Shown: positions 1 to 13,814, counted from the first letter of the whole stretch. The stretch is DNA of 63,528 bases, filler included, from Octopus bimaculoides (GCF_001194135.2; 6 parts of 6 records of this genome joined end to end with filler, not necessarily neighbours in it), one strand, 5' to 3'. The notes: a model not told the origin generated them from the letters alone. Translations and numbers: made by a program.

Positions 1-38
<38 letters not shown>

Positions 39-53
39 GTACGTCCACTTTGG

Positions 54-90
<37 letters not shown>

Positions 91-112
91 GTATATATAC
101 ACATACATACAT

Positions 113-148
<36 letters not shown>

Positions 149-150
149 CC
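1..150. repeat. Compound (AG)n/(CT)n/(CA)n/(TA)n microsatellite
   Basis: Direct dinucleotide runs. Confidence 0.95.
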
Positions 151-860
151 ATTTTGATATATTTGAAAATATGATCTGTTTACGTATACAATGATGTAGC
201 TCCTTCATGCGAAGACCCGTGCACACCAGTGTTAAATCAACACGTTGTTGAAATATGAATATTTGACTTGGTTGGCAATGGTGATAATTAATTTACATAT
301 AGGAATCATCTGTTGTGAGACTTCATAGCTTTACGCGTGGTTCAGTTGATAATAATCATATATGCAATACGTTGTCCTTTAATGATAGGACTAATGGATA
401 TCTTCATTTTGAACATGAATATGTTAGAGAGTTTTATTAGGATTAGTCATTTTAGTAATCTCAATATTTATAAATTTTATCTGTATGCATGTGTGATTTT
501 GTGTATGTCAATGTGTACATGTCATTGTCTTTATGTTCATCATCCAACTTATGACAGACGTTGCATCTATTATGCGGTTTGTACCTTTCGAGTAGGCCAA
601 ATATCGATCGCTATAATAGCTTTAAGGCTTCACCGGAATCGATGTGTTCCACCGATCGTAAGAGCAACTGCTCCCCAGCTGGTTTTAAGTTTTATACACA
701 TATTTCCATGCGTGCATAGATCCATACACACACACACACACACGTATAATAAATGCAATGGAGAAAACTCAAGTCAGGCAAACCACAATGAACACATGTA
801 TACGGATTTAATTTCAGATAAAAACTATCCAGAAATCATATATTTATATATTATATATAA

Positions 861-911
<51 letters not shown>

Positions 912-1037
912 NNNNNNNNNNNNNNNNNNNNNNNNNNNNNNNNNNNNNNNNNNNNNNNNNNNNNNNNNNNNNNNNNNNNNNNNNNNNNNNNNNNNNNNNN
1001 NNNNNNNNNNNNNNNNNNNNNNNNNNNNNNNNNNNNN

Positions 1038-1091
<54 letters not shown>

Positions 1092-1319
1092 TTGTGTGTG
1101 TTTGTGTGTGTGTATGTGTGTGTGGGTGTATGTGTGTGTGTGTGTGTGCGTGTGTGTGATTGTATCATATGTCTATGGATTATTGTATGAGAACAGTAAT
1201 AATCCAAATTTGTTGATAGACGTCTACACACATATATATAAAAGAAACATTTCCTTCTCGAGACATGCCACGCTCATGAGAGACAACTTCCCGGTTTCAA
1301 TTGTGTATATTCCCAACCT

Positions 1320-1480
1320 GGACGGGACGCCTATCAGTCGTAGGTTTACTCATTTTTTGCTAGCTGAGTGGATTGGAACAATGTGAAATGAAGTGTTTTG
1401 CTAAAGAAAACGCATCGCCTAATCCAGGAAACGAAACCACAATCATACGATCATTATTCCAACACCCAACCACTAACACA
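1320..1480 (-). mobile_element. tRNA-derived SINE, family E
   Basis: Shares 'gtgaaatgaagtgttttgct..ga..caacgc...gaaaccac....acgatc' with 48317-48575 and 53480-53715; tRNA-like head at the right end on the minus strand. Confidence 0.7.
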
Positions 1481-2315
1481 CAGGCCTGCATAGACTTATA
1501 CAAGAACACCAATATCTATGCATGTTCGCACACACATGAATATATATATAAGATTTTGTATAAATANNNNNNNNNNNNNNNNNNNNNNNNNNNNNNNNNN
1601 NNNNNNNNNNNNNNNNNNNNNNNNNNNNNNNNNNNNNNNNNNNNNNNNNNNNNNNNNNNNNNNNNNNNNNNNNNNNNNNNNNNNNNNNNNNNNNNNNNNN
1701 NNNNNNNNNNNNNNNNNNNNNNNNNNNNNNNNNNNNNNNNNNNNNNNNNNNNNNNNNNNNNNNNNNNNNNNNNNNNNNNNNNNNNNNNNNNNNNNNNNNN
1801 NNNNNNNNNNNNNNNNNNNNNNNNNNNNNNNNNNNNNNNNNNNNNNNNNNNNNNNNNNNNNNNNNNNNNNNNNNNNNNNNNNNNNNNNNNNNNNNNNNNN
1901 NNNNNNNNNNNNNNNNNNNNNNNNNNNNNNNNNNNNNNNNNNNNNNNNNNNNNNNNNNNNNNNNNNNNNNNNNNNNNNNNNNNNNNNNNNNNNNNNNNNN
2001 NNNNNNNNNNNNNNNNNNNNNNNNNNNNNNNNNNNNNNNNNNNNNNNNNNNNNNNNNNNNNNNNNNNNNNNNNNNNNNNNNNNNNNNNNNNNNNNNNNNN
2101 NNNNNNNNNNNNNNNNNNNNNNNNNNNNNNNNNNNNNNNNNNNNNNNNNNNNNNNNNNNNNNNNNNNNNNNNNNNNNNNNNNNNNNNNNNNNNNNNNNNN
2201 NNNNNNNNNNNNNNNNNNNNNNNNNNNNNNNNNNNNNNNNNNNNNNNNNNNNNNNNNNNNNNNNNNNNNNNNNNNNNNNNNNNNNNNNNNNNNNNNNNNN
2301 NNNNNNNNNNNNNNN

Positions 2316-2368
2316 AGGAACAATATAAAGCATTCGGTGGCGGCGACCGAATGCTTTATATTGTTCCT
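2316..2368. repeat. Perfect 23-bp inverted repeat with 7-nt loop
   Basis: aggaacaatataaagcattcggt / ggcggcg / accgaatgctttatattgttcct. Confidence 0.95.
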
Positions 2369-2429
2369 TAGTTCCTGTATTATGTTCGGATTTTTTTTGT
2401 GCACCGTGCTCTTGCAGTGTACCCGGAGC

Positions 2430-3160
2430 TAATAATCATATGTTGAAAGAAAAGGAGAACGTAGTGGTATTTCTCAGAGAGGGTTCCATGGACTCGCTGC
2501 AGGACCGCATGAAGATGTGGCAAGTGAAGCCGCCCAGCCGGAAGAAGAACAGTTGTCCTTCACTTTCAAAGAAAGGGACAAAAAATTGGTCCAGCATGTT
2601 CATATACACCTCCGTAGTGACAGTACTGTCAATCAATATCGGCCCAATTATGCATGCCCCTGAACGAGCACGTCGAACACCACTACTTTTGTTTTAGGTG
2701 TCGCTGCTCGTAGAGAGGGTGAGGATTCTTCCACACCCAGTACCATTTCAGTTGGGAATTTACGTGACCGGAGAAATGAAACTATGCCCAATCACTAAAT
2801 GTACACTGGAAAAGGTGTAGACCACCATTGGTAATGCTATTCAGAAGCGATGTGCAGCAATTTACTCGCTTGCAATGGTCATCCATTTTTAATTGCTGTA
2901 CTCATATAAAAAGAGTTTCTATTTGAGACATTTCAACATCCTTTGACGAGATCTCCTGCTTATGTGAGACTGCTGCGCTATTTACATGTTGGCTTCTTTG
3001 GACTTCGAGTAATCATTTGATGAATGCTCTGAATAACCTCTGGCATTCAAACTACAGCGTCTGTTTGCTTTCGTACAGCTTTGTTTTCGTACGTTGTGCA
3101 CTGACGCTGTAGCGTAGTTCGTGGTAAGCAATATTTGCATTGTTTTCCGTGCCGGAAATA
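2430..3160 (-). mobile_element. Decayed Tc1/mariner-superfamily transposase (maT/Tc3-like)
   Basis: Frameshifted minus-strand translation gives ITRSPKKPT, HISRRSRQRMLK, FSD(W)A*FHFSGHVNSQ..W...NPH and IIGPILIDSTVTTEVYMNMLDQFFVPF, matching the FSDEA.FHLNG.VN.QN..W...NPH...IIGP.FF..TV....Y..ML pattern of this group. Confidence 0.75.
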
Positions 3161-6100
3161 AGTTACCCTGAAAATTTACTTCAAACATTGCACACATTTA
3201 CTTGAAAAGAACCGGTTCTAACTAGCGTTGAATATGCCATCGTGCTGGAAAGGTTAAAGCAATCTTACAATCAACTAATGCGGTGAGAATGCAATGAGGA
3301 TAACGTAGGAAACAATCGACAAGTGAGCCACGCTTGTTCAAGCAGTCAAAGAAAACACAAAGACACTTGGAAACAAGACTGGTTGCTTTTCTGTATGTAT
3401 AAATTTATTTCCTTATTTACATTATGCTACGGATTTCGGGTTACGTTTTCGGGCACCACTATTTATGTGAGTGAGTGTGTATGAGAGAGAGAGAGATAGA
3501 GAGATAGAGAGACAGAGAGAGAGAGTGAAACTGTGCTTGTGTATGTGTGTGTTTGTGTGTATGTGTGTGTGTCCGTGTATTCACATAGAATGTGCATACA
3601 TTGCACTTATGAATGCACGCTTACACGCATGGCAAGCGGCACATTCTACACAAGGCCTGTCAAAAACGCGGTCAATTTAAAACACAAATGTGGCTCGCGT
3701 GTGACGTGGCTCGAAATGCAAAAATAAGGGACTCCCAAAAATTTCGAAAATAAAAATAATGGATAATAATTTAATCAATAAAAATAGCGTTACTGATGAG
3801 CAAACAAAAGACTTTTAATGAATTTTATTTAATAAAGAATTGATATAACAGAAACTTCTCTTGAGAACCTGTTTTGAAAAATATGCAGCCTCTATGGTAA
3901 TGAGCAATGTGTCCTATAGGGTCACTGCATTTTTACATTAATTGTTAAAAATCATTTGTAATGCAGTAGTTTCCAATTAATCGACAATCAATCGAACTTG
4001 GAACAATCCACGCTAGATTCTGTTTTATGACCTATTATAACGCCTTGAGTTTAACAGTATTTATTGTCTAGTATGCTGTCTTCATGCAATGGATCTCAGT
4101 TATTATCTCCTAGCATTAACAACACAGATTAGTGTTGGTCAATGATGTTCGTGACTGGATATTATAACTTAAGCAATGCAGCGGAGGATCATGGACGTTT
4201 CTCTTACGATTTACTGCTAATTGTTTGTTTGAAGCTTTAGCTATGGATTGTAATAGCATATTTTAATATCGTCACTGTACTAATGGAGGGAATTTTCTCA
4301 TATCCTGTATTTATTATCACGTTATAAATCATGGTATAAATATATCATGCAATATCTCCAATATGGCATATGGACAAATAATTTACAGGGATGTAATTCA
4401 AATGCGATCCATAAAACGATGCATGTATTCATAACATAATTGCAATATACATTGCTTAGGAGTGTTAGAGAATATGAAACTCATTGTACAGCTTTAAAGG
4501 TATCCTTGAAAATCTTTGCTAATTTCAAATATTAGAAGCGTTAATTCTCTTGAAATATTCATGATGGTGTAAATTATATAATTAAGAAATCTTGATTTGA
4601 AATGCATGGAACATAACTTCTGCTGACATTATTCATTCACATACACAGGGACTAAAAATCATTCAGCATTAAAATGCAGATGGTTCATAAGCTGAAGCCA
4701 TCACATTACGTTCTTATATTGTAATATGCAGGCAGACTTTGCCACGTGATGAAAATGACACTGTTTTGAGTCAGATTTAAACCAAATACGGTACCGTGTT
4801 TTCTATACCGTGATCCTTGACCTACTACAATTATTAAACTCCTTCTGATGCACGCAAAGAGAATGTTACCAAGTCTCAAAAATAGTGAACACAAGTATGT
4901 ATATTAAGATCATTATAAAATTGTCCCAACACACTTATAAAAAGGTGGCCATGATTCTAGTGGAGAATATCGCTTCCAATATATTTGATTTCGATTTTGA
5001 TTCGTTAGTATCATCTTCCATGAGAACAGGTACACCAATACCTTCTGGTTGAAATGTACTACAGGCTAGCAGATTGTGGAAGTTGAGGATAAAATTGCGC
5101 CTAACACCCAAACTACAATCCTTCACTACAAAATGGATTGCATATGTATTCATTCTTACACGCGCACGCAAAGACAACACACATATACATACATATTTAC
5201 ATTATATGAATGGTAAATGTGACTGCTTTTACCATCATTGAGTTTATTGCAATCTTGATTTGTAATGTTTAACAGTGAATTTTCTGTTAGGGAATAACTC
5301 TCACCAGACGGAATATTGGCTTTAATTTTCAAATACCTTTTACAATTCGTTTATCATTTAGTATACAAGATGGTAATATGCATGGAGTAATATCATCTAA
5401 AGAAACAATGATGAAGAGATACTGAGAGAGAGAGAGAGAGGTTATGAGAGAGAAGGGTGAGTAAGAGAGAGAGAGAGAGAGAGACAGAGAGAGAGTGTGT
5501 GTGTGGTGAGTAAAAGAGAGAGAGAGATAAGGGCAGACAGAAAAAGAGAGAGTCGTTTTGACAATATTAGAGACAGTAATTAATAGAGAAGGTGAGAGCA
5601 TCTGCGCACAGATCCCAAATGCAGTACAGAATAGCAAGCAGAATCCAAAATGAAGCAGAAGATAAAAAGCAAAGAATTTAAACTATTAAAATTTGGCCGC
5701 AATATTTGCCGTTGATAACCATGAATGAAAAATCAAAGAGTAGACGATAGAAAACAAGTAGCTCCAACAAGAATAAAAATAGTAATGCAGGAAACAGCAA
5801 TTTTCAGCAATCAAATATAGCGTAATATGTGAGCTTTTGGTACAACGCATTTTCTTGCAGAAAGATCTAGTGATATCACATTCTATAAATATTTCCATAA
5901 CTTTGATGTTCGTAATCCTGAACACTGATACACCAGAAAATAATTGAAACGCATTATATAATATAGTCAAGTCAGCGTATTTATTTCCAATTTTAAAATA
6001 TTACATCTTAAAATTCAGTGTTTAAATTTGCTAGAATGTAAACTGAAATAATTGTAAAATATATTTACTTTGCAGACCATAGTCATACTTCTCATGTCAG

Positions 6101-6639
6101 TCAGAAAATAACCACAAAACTGGGTGATGAAAAACGAAGTGATAAAATGTATGGATTTTATTCCACAATAGCTGATCAGGCATCACGTCAACAAAGGATG
6201 TGCTACTTACATCCATATGGATATATATATATATANNNNNNNNNNNNNNNNNNNNNNNNNNNNNNNNNNNNNNNNNNNNNNNNNNNNNNNNNNNNNNNNN
6301 NNNNNNNNNNNNNNNNNNNNNNNNNNNNNNNNNNNNNNNNNNNNNNNNNNNNNNNNNNNNNNNNNNNNNNNNNNNNNNNNNNNNNNNNNNNNNNNNNNNN
6401 NNNNNNNNNNNNNNNNNNNNNNNNNNNNNNNNNNNNNNNNNNNNNNNNNNNNNNNNNNNNNNNNNNNNNNNNNNNNNNNNNNNNNNNNNNNNNNNNNNNN
6501 NNNNNNNNNNNNNNNNNNNNNNNNNNNNNNNNNNNNNNNNNNNNNNNNNNNNNNNNNNNNNNNNNNNNNNNNNNNNNNNNNNNNNNNNNNNNNNNNNNNN
6601 NNNNGTGTGTGTGTGTGTGTGTGTGTGTGTGTGGTGACG

Positions 6640-6725
6640 CAGGAGTGCCTGTGTAGGTGCAGAAGTGGCTGTTTGGTAAGTAACTTGCTTACCAGCCACA
6701 TGATTCCGGCTTCAGTCCCACTGCA
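6640..6725 (+). mobile_element. tRNA-derived SINE head, family B
   Basis: gtggctgtttggtaagtaacttgcttaccagccacatgattccggcttcagtcccactgc has A/B-box-like motifs; homologous to 39065-39235 and 63435-63528. Confidence 0.7.
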
Positions 6726-7099
6726 TTATTTATGGGTTGTCCCAATATACAGTAGAATAATAAACTGAAAGTTGTTGGTACAGTATCATATTTGAAAAAA
6801 TGAGGGGAGATGGATTTTGCGGAGATAATATTTATGTTAATAATAAGGTTTAGTGAGTTACTGTTGTTTGAAACTCAAACAACAATTAGCCGTTTTCAAA
6901 ATGAAAAATATATGTTTTACTGATTACTTAAAAGGTGGGATGAACATATTCTAACATTGATTTCGTCATCAAGAGTCCTCTTGAAAGTTAGTTTACTTGC
7001 AAGATATTTATTCCCAGATATTTAAAAAAAGTTCTGGCCTATTTTAGTGGGTCATCGTGAATTATCACACTTGAATCTTGATTATGTTTTGCCTGGGGC

Positions 7100-7622
7100 A
7101 GAGGTTGGAATTCATTTAGTATACATTTAGTCCACTTTGAGCTTTTAAATCCAAACCAAACGATATTAAAGGAGATCTACTGCGAGCAGCTTCAGAGTCT
7201 TAAGTCAGCACTAGGAGATAAACGACCATCTTTGGTTCTAAAACGAAAGGTATTATTCGATCAGGATAATGTTCGGCCATATGCAGTGAGGATGACATTC
7301 CAAAGGCTGGATCATATCAATGGGAAACGATGCCCCAGCCACATATTCGCAGGACATTTCCCCATTTGATTATCACTTATTCTGTACTCTTCAAAATCAG
7401 TTCGAGGGAGAAATATGAATTCAGTAGATGGAGTCAGAACAGTACTGGATAAGTATTTTTTGTCACAGACAAATGAAATTTGGAAGAGAGGCCTTGCAAG
7501 TCTACCGGGTAGATGGAAATGCATTGTAGAAAATGAAGAATATTTTAGATTAAAATTGTACTTTGTGCATCTTAAATTTCAAGGGTAAGATAAAAGTATA
7601 AACAACATTATTAATGGGATGA

Positions 7623-7626
<4 letters not shown>
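7100..7626 (+). mobile_element. Decayed mariner (DD34D-type) transposase C-terminal half and right end
   Basis: VHFELLNPNQTILKEIYCEQLQSLKSAL..KRPSLV..RKVLFDQDNVRPY, YSQDISPFDYHLF, GLASLPGRWKCIVEN; ends aatgggatgacca-TA before a (TA)n tract. Confidence 0.85.
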
Positions 7627-7678
<52 letters not shown>

Positions 7679-8032
7679 CGGTTGTATACTGTCAACTTAA
7701 CGTGATAGTCCCAATAAAGGAATCATACTACTGCTATGTAACCCTAGGACGCTGGACTGCTTCCTGTCGGCCTTGACACATTTCCTGTTTCCTTATGTTT
7801 ATGAGGCGGAGACAAGCACCTCCAGCCAGCCTAGCCTGTAAAAGAGCATGTTTCTGAGTCTTTGCTCGTCATCAGCCTGAAGTAGCACGACCAGCTGGCT
7901 GAAGATGCCTGTCAGTCGCTCACAAACATATATATTTCTAGTGAAAACATATTCACTGACTACAATAATTAGATCATTTCTAATTTGACAGGACTTTAGA
8001 AAGGTTAGTGACATCAGATACTAGGGAAAATG

Positions 8033-9065
8033 AAGATGGAAGCATGAAAGCTGTAGTTCTTGCTTTGCGTTCCTTATTGCCGCTTGAGAAAAGTTAGAGT
8101 CAAATAAAGAAGGAAGAATTAGCCATCATATTTGCGGTAAAGAAATTCCATAAAATATTCCGTTTGCTAATAGACTACCACCCATTATTTTCGATTATTT
8201 TCGGTTATTCCTACACATATAGCCAACAGATTTCAGTGCTAGGGAATGAACCCACTGAAATATAACTTCAAAATTGAGTATTTGCCTTCTAAAAAATTGG
8301 AACATGCAGATAATTTGTCAAGGTTAATACCATAATACAGTGAACCACCAGAAGATATAGTGATAGCGGCATGAAGAGGCGAAAATGAAATAAAAGGTAT
8401 ATTGGGCAACGTTGTGCGAGAATTGCCTGTCATATTGGAAGAAAATTAAGCCAGAATCGGACGAAATTATCATGAAAATTCAAAAGACATGAGGTCATAA
8501 TAAACAAATCGAAAATACGTGTTACTGGACGTAAGATAATTTCGAACTTGTATTCGATGTGTGATAATGGGCTTATGTATGCACAGAGGGTCGTAATTCC
8601 TGTCTCACTACAAAATCAAATGTTAAAGTTATTCCACACTAGACATCCAAGAATTGCTAGGATGAAATCACTTACAAGAAGTTATGTTTACTGGCCGATA
8701 ATGGATCTAGATAGTGAGAAGTTCGTAAAATCCTGCATCGAAATCACCACCTACAAAATTCCAACCTTAGCCCAAGACTGATATTCCATGGGCAAGGCTA
8801 CATATAGACTTCACAGGACCATTAAACGGATCATATTATCTAATACTGATAGATAGCTTTACAAAATACTCAAAAAATGTGTAAATGGAGAAAACCGACC
8901 TCCACAGTAACAGTGGATTTTCTACTCGAAGGTTTTGCAAGGGAGGTGTTCCGGATACCATAGTCTTCGATAACGGTACAAATTTTGCTGTGAGTGAACT
9001 TTAGAAATTTTTCAAGATGTTTTCAAATGAATATATCACTATTCCGTACCACCCAAGATTTGATT
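8033..9065 (+). mobile_element. Decayed Ty3/Gypsy pol (RNase H, integrase zinc-binding, integrase core)
   Basis: SQIKKEELAIIFAVKKFH, DYHPL, EHADNLSRL (RNase H); RVVIPVSLQNQMLKLFHTRHP..ARMKSLTRSYVYWP (HHCC region); PWARLHIDFTGP, GVPDTIVFDNGTNF, PYHP (integrase core). Multiple stops and frameshifts. Confidence 0.9.
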
Positions 9066-9649
9066 TCCTTTTCAAACAAAGAGAGAGGTTCACAATTTAA
9101 ACCAACTTCACTTGTGCCTCTGATAATCTAATTTATGTAATAACCTACTCAGGCTGTGGACATTACTATATAGGAAAGATGAGTTCGTCATTGAGACGGA
9201 GAACCACTCTACATAAAGAGCAGTTCCGTTTCCCGCAATAGAGACATATTTCTTTAAGTGAACACATGAGAGATAATAGGGACAAGTCACTAATAAGAAA
9301 TTCTACAAGAAACCAACGTAGGGTTAGGAGAAATTTTTTCTACCCAGTAAATAGAAACGTCCAAGAAACTTCCTCTACCCCCCCCCCCCAGGAGAAGCTC
9401 AACCTATGGATTCTCAACCTATTTACCTAGACAACATCAACTCCTCCACATCTCAAACATAATTAAGCAACCCAACAATTTATTCCCACAAAGAAACCCG
9501 AACGACGTACTTCCAACCAATTTACCCAGACAGCAAAACTAACCACCTAGCAATCACAATATAACAAATAATAACAATAATAAAACTGATGTAATTAATA
9601 ACAAAAATAATACTGATAACTTATCCCAACCATATTACAGTAAACATTT

Positions 9650-11250
9650 TTAAGACCGAGTGGAGAGAAGCAAGAACACACGTTGGAACAAATTTTATAG
9701 GAGAAACCCAAAGTAATAAATTTATCAAAGAAAACTCTGTGTGTAACAAAAAATAGTATACTAGCTAAAGGATTATAATTTACCCCAATCCCATAAAGAC
9801 CTAACTAGAATGAAATTCAAGACAATATTTCGGAATTCTGCAGAAAACTATGACTACTGAAGCATTAACGGACTACAACAACGGAGATGAGTCACTGGTT
9901 GAAAACAGAAGTAATTATCTTCCACCTAAAATTAGGAATAAAATACTAAATGACATGTGTGACCATGTCCGAAGTTTCCGATATACTTTCCATAAATGAA
10001 AAAGTAATTCGAACTTCAACAATCTAGAATGGAAAAATCTAATTGAACTACAAAACTATAAAGACCTGACAATTGAAGAAGCAGATAAAGGAAGTGATGT
10101 AGTCCTGATGGACAGAGAATACTATAAAACCTAGCATTATCCATACTAGAAAACGATACCTTCTATAAAAAACTTGTAACCTATAAACAACAAAAAACAA
10201 TGAAAAATCTTGCATCCTTAATACTTCTACATGGAAAAGTCCTGACAGAAAAAGAAATAAATTAAATCATGAACTTTAAATGTAAACCTAGACTTTTTTA
10301 CGGCCTACCTAAAATACACAAGAGCAAGATAATCAATGAAGCCTGCAAACAATCACCAGGCAAATACATAAATATCCAAGCCCCAGAAGACTTAACTTTA
10401 AGGCATTATAATAGCTGGCCCAGCCTGTGAAACCCACTGCCTAAGCAATTTTCTAGACATCCTACTGAACGCCTTGCTGAAATACATCAAATGTTTCATT
10501 AGAGACGATTTAGACATGTTGAGAACCTACCAAAAACAAATAAACAAGGAGGAATTTGGTTTCCTTCGATGTTATCAATCTTTATACCAACATCCCACAT
10601 GAATATGTATTAAAGGGAATGAAATTCTGATTGGAAAAGTATCCCGAAGTGCTTCCTAAATGCATAAATCAGGTCCTTATCATTGAATCATTAAAAATTA
10701 TGCAACAAAACAATTATTTCCTATTTGATGACACCTACTATCGTCGAAAAATTCGGAATTGCAATGGGAACGAAAGAAGCCCCTGTTATTGCGAACCTGA
10801 TAATGGGTTATTTTGAATTCGCTATAAATGAAGTGTCACTGTAAAAACATGGTTATCCATAAGACAAAACTGGAATATATACTTGGATGGCTATTTTATC
10901 ATATGAAAGGAGACCATTGATAAATTCAAATCAACGCTAAATGATATAAACCGCAATATTCAATTCACAATTGCATATAGCAAAGAACAGCTCTCGCTTT
11001 TGGATATTGTGATAAAAAAAGTTAACAATCAAATTATAACTGACATCTATCATAGACCAACGGACTCGATGCAATATCTTCTTTTTAGCTCATGCCACCC
11101 GAAACACATCAAAATAAATATCCGCTTTAATTCGGCAAAAAGGATTTGCACAATAGTGTCTGATAGAATTACATGGGACCTTCGTCTTCAAGATTTCAGA
11201 AGAACAACAACTGAAAGACAATATTCACCCTCACCTATAGTGAACATAGA
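9650..11250 (+). mobile_element. Decayed Penelope-like element reverse transcriptase
   Basis: LAKGL*FTPIP, EADKGSDVVLMDREYY, FYGLPKIHKS, SFDVINLYTNIPH, AMGTKEAPVIANLIMGYFE, DIYHRPTDSMQYLLFSSCHPKH; endonuclease domain absent. Confidence 0.9.
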
Positions 11251-13102
11251 GAGAGATGTGCAGGTAACATCAAACCAAATTTCACATTTTTTCCATTCTA
11301 CCGGTGCAAAGATACAATTTCTATACAAGAACGTGTGTGTTTTTTCTCTGTGTGTGTGTGTATGTGTGTGTGTGTATGTGTGTGTGTGATGTCTGTGTGT
11401 GCGAGTGTGCATGTGTGTGTGTGTGTGAAAACCTCCAATTTTTCTGTACACTGCCAAAGACACATAATGATAAAATCTATGTAAATGTATGTCTTCAAAA
11501 AGGAAGCGGACACCCTTCCAACCACTATACCAGACATCTCGACATGAGATATATATGACTGCCGCGTTGTCATACTTTTCATATATGAAATGGGCCAACA
11601 AACAAGAGAAAATGTCTTTCTGTTAGATGTAACGAACTGTGATACTGAGTAGAGTAAAAGAAGAATCGTGACCTACGTTTGATAGTTCATGATTTCTCAA
11701 GCGGAAAGGTAGAGGGTGCAAAGCTAATCTGGTGTTGATTAGTTGTCAGCGAAGTGAAAACGAGAAAAGAAATCGTATACCATGATATTCGACATTCTAA
11801 TGACTCTGTCACCTGACCACGTATATTTAGTGAGTTGCTACAGTTAGTGTGCATCATCTAACGTGAATTTATGTCCTGATAACAGAATCTTACTGAAATT
11901 TATCGAATGTTTAGATTCGTTATTCTGCAGATTTGTTACTTTTAAGATAATTGAATATACAAAAAGTTAACTTTTTGAAAAATATCTATGTATCATGCAA
12001 TCCATGACTTTACAAACATTTAGGAATACTGCATTAAACGTAATGTTCTGAAAGTCTGCAAGAAACTTATTTTCAAAAGATAACCAAGATATTAGTTAAA
12101 CATTCTAATTCTCTATAAGATTAGTGTCTGCGGAATTTTCACTTTTCTGGGTACCACATACCAATTTCAACGATAACTGATAAGTTGATGTATTGCATTC
12201 AATGTCTGATTAGAGTATCTCCCAGGAGAAAGTTACGTATTCTAAGTTTCTATTTTCAAAGTATATGAGAACTTTCAGAACTGTGATATAAGTTACATTC
12301 CGGAAGCATTTAACGATTAGCAAACATAACTTTTGCCAGCAAGGAATTCTTATCGCTGATGACAATTATAATAAACTGGATGGTAATTTATACTTCCACC
12401 TTTAAATGTATGCAGCTAGATTCCTTACACATGCATGCAACTTCGTCTCTGCCTAAGATAATCAATGTAGGATCAACTTTGTACTTTCAGTGAATAAATT
12501 TTCCCTATGAAAGAATGGTGCTTAACGGATCATTAGGTTCATTGTTCAATAACTTTACCTCATATATATTTGTATTTATAGAGCCTCGGGTTTCTGTAGA
12601 AAATGAAAAAAAACTTTATATTTACTACTTGATGTGAGATATAAACGGTAGAAAGAAAATTAGTGACCTGTCTTTGAGTATTTAAAATATCAGCGTTATA
12701 TTTTGCAGAAACGGGATGTGATTTCCGTTTCATTAGATGAAAGCAAATGAATGCATTTAAATGCTATCACAGTTATGAATTTTACTAATGTCCAAATATT
12801 ACATATATTTTTCGTGCTCTTCTATCTATGAAATCAAAATACATGGGAAAATGTCTACGTTTCACAATGTATAATATTAGATTCAACTAATATTACTTGC
12901 ATTGTGTTCATGGCGTGTTAATCTAGAGAGCGTTCGTCAACAAATCATATAGATTTCAGAAATAGTATAAAGAAAAAAATGCTATACATCATAAATTCTT
13001 AGAAAATAGATATATTCAATCCCAGCGGACTTTATGATCTCTAACTCAAATCTGTTGAAAATGTCCGCCAAGGGAACACCGTTTAGCCTCATTTGTATTC
13101 TC

Positions 13103-13121
13103 TTCAATAATGAAAATAATA

Positions 13122-13189
<68 letters not shown>

Positions 13190-13212
13190 AACAATGATAA
13201 TAATAATAATAA
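13103..13212. repeat. (GAT)n/(AAT)n trinucleotide tract
   Basis: Direct; source of the spurious poly-D/S/H ORFs. Confidence 0.95.
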
Positions 13213-13576
13213 TGTGCATCTCTGATCAGAAGCAGAAATATTGGGGGAGAATCATAGCCATGTGTTGAAAGGAATTCTTTGGGGTTTGAATAAATCACCT
13301 TTGGAAACGGTTGTGTTGCTCAACATTCTTAAACAAATCTATATTCAGGGACCTTTTGATCAAGATGGGCTACTCGACCTGAAGAAAATTCTAACTGTGC
13401 CCCACCTACGAGGTCATGCGTTGTTTCTCTTTCTATGAGATCACCATGTCACGCACATATGGTTGTGATGCATGTACCTGGTGTACCCTTATCAGACGGG
13501 TAGTCATGATGGGTATAACGGGCTTTGTATCTTTTACCCCAGTGTCACTTTGATGGCATGCACTGCTTTCTCACTC

Positions 13577-13608
<32 letters not shown>
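13213..13608 (+). mobile_element. (TAA)n-tailed retroposed repeat, non-coding
   Basis: About 370 bp homologous in reverse complement to 14290-14800; ends cactgctttctcactc(aat)n. Confidence 0.75.
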
Positions 13609-13814
13609 NNNNNNNNNNNNNNNNNNNNNNNNNNNNNNNNNNNNNNNNNNNNNNNNNNNNNNNNNNNNNNNNNNNNNNNNNNNNNNNNNNNNNNNNNNNN
13701 NNNNNNNNNNNAAGAAGAAGAAGAAGAAGAAGAAGAAGAAGAAGAAGAAGAAGAAGAAGAAGAAGAAGAAGAAGAAGAAGAAGAAGAAGAATATTAATAA
13801 CTGCAGCAACAGTA

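Noticed and set aside
337-2432. Long ORFs of 126-349 aa
   Set aside because: They run through N-gaps and (CA)n/(TA)n tracts; no domain signal.
4000-5180. Repeat-free 1.2-kb stretch with short minus ORFs (IIVVGQGSRY resembles a nucleotidyltransferase start)
   Set aside because: No continuous frame, no further motifs and no clear splice pairs; chance similarity is likely.
6076-6220. Plus-strand tttgcAG followed by an open frame (HSHTSHVSQKITTKLGDEKR...)
   Set aside because: No convincing donor and no recognisable protein.
6731-6750. Candidate left TIR for the 7100-7626 mariner
   Set aside because: Match to the right end is too weak to call.
11455-11600. Cys/His-containing snippet and catatatgaaatggg end resembling a piggyBac right end
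   Set aside because: Frame is broken, there is no TTAA flank and no second end was found.
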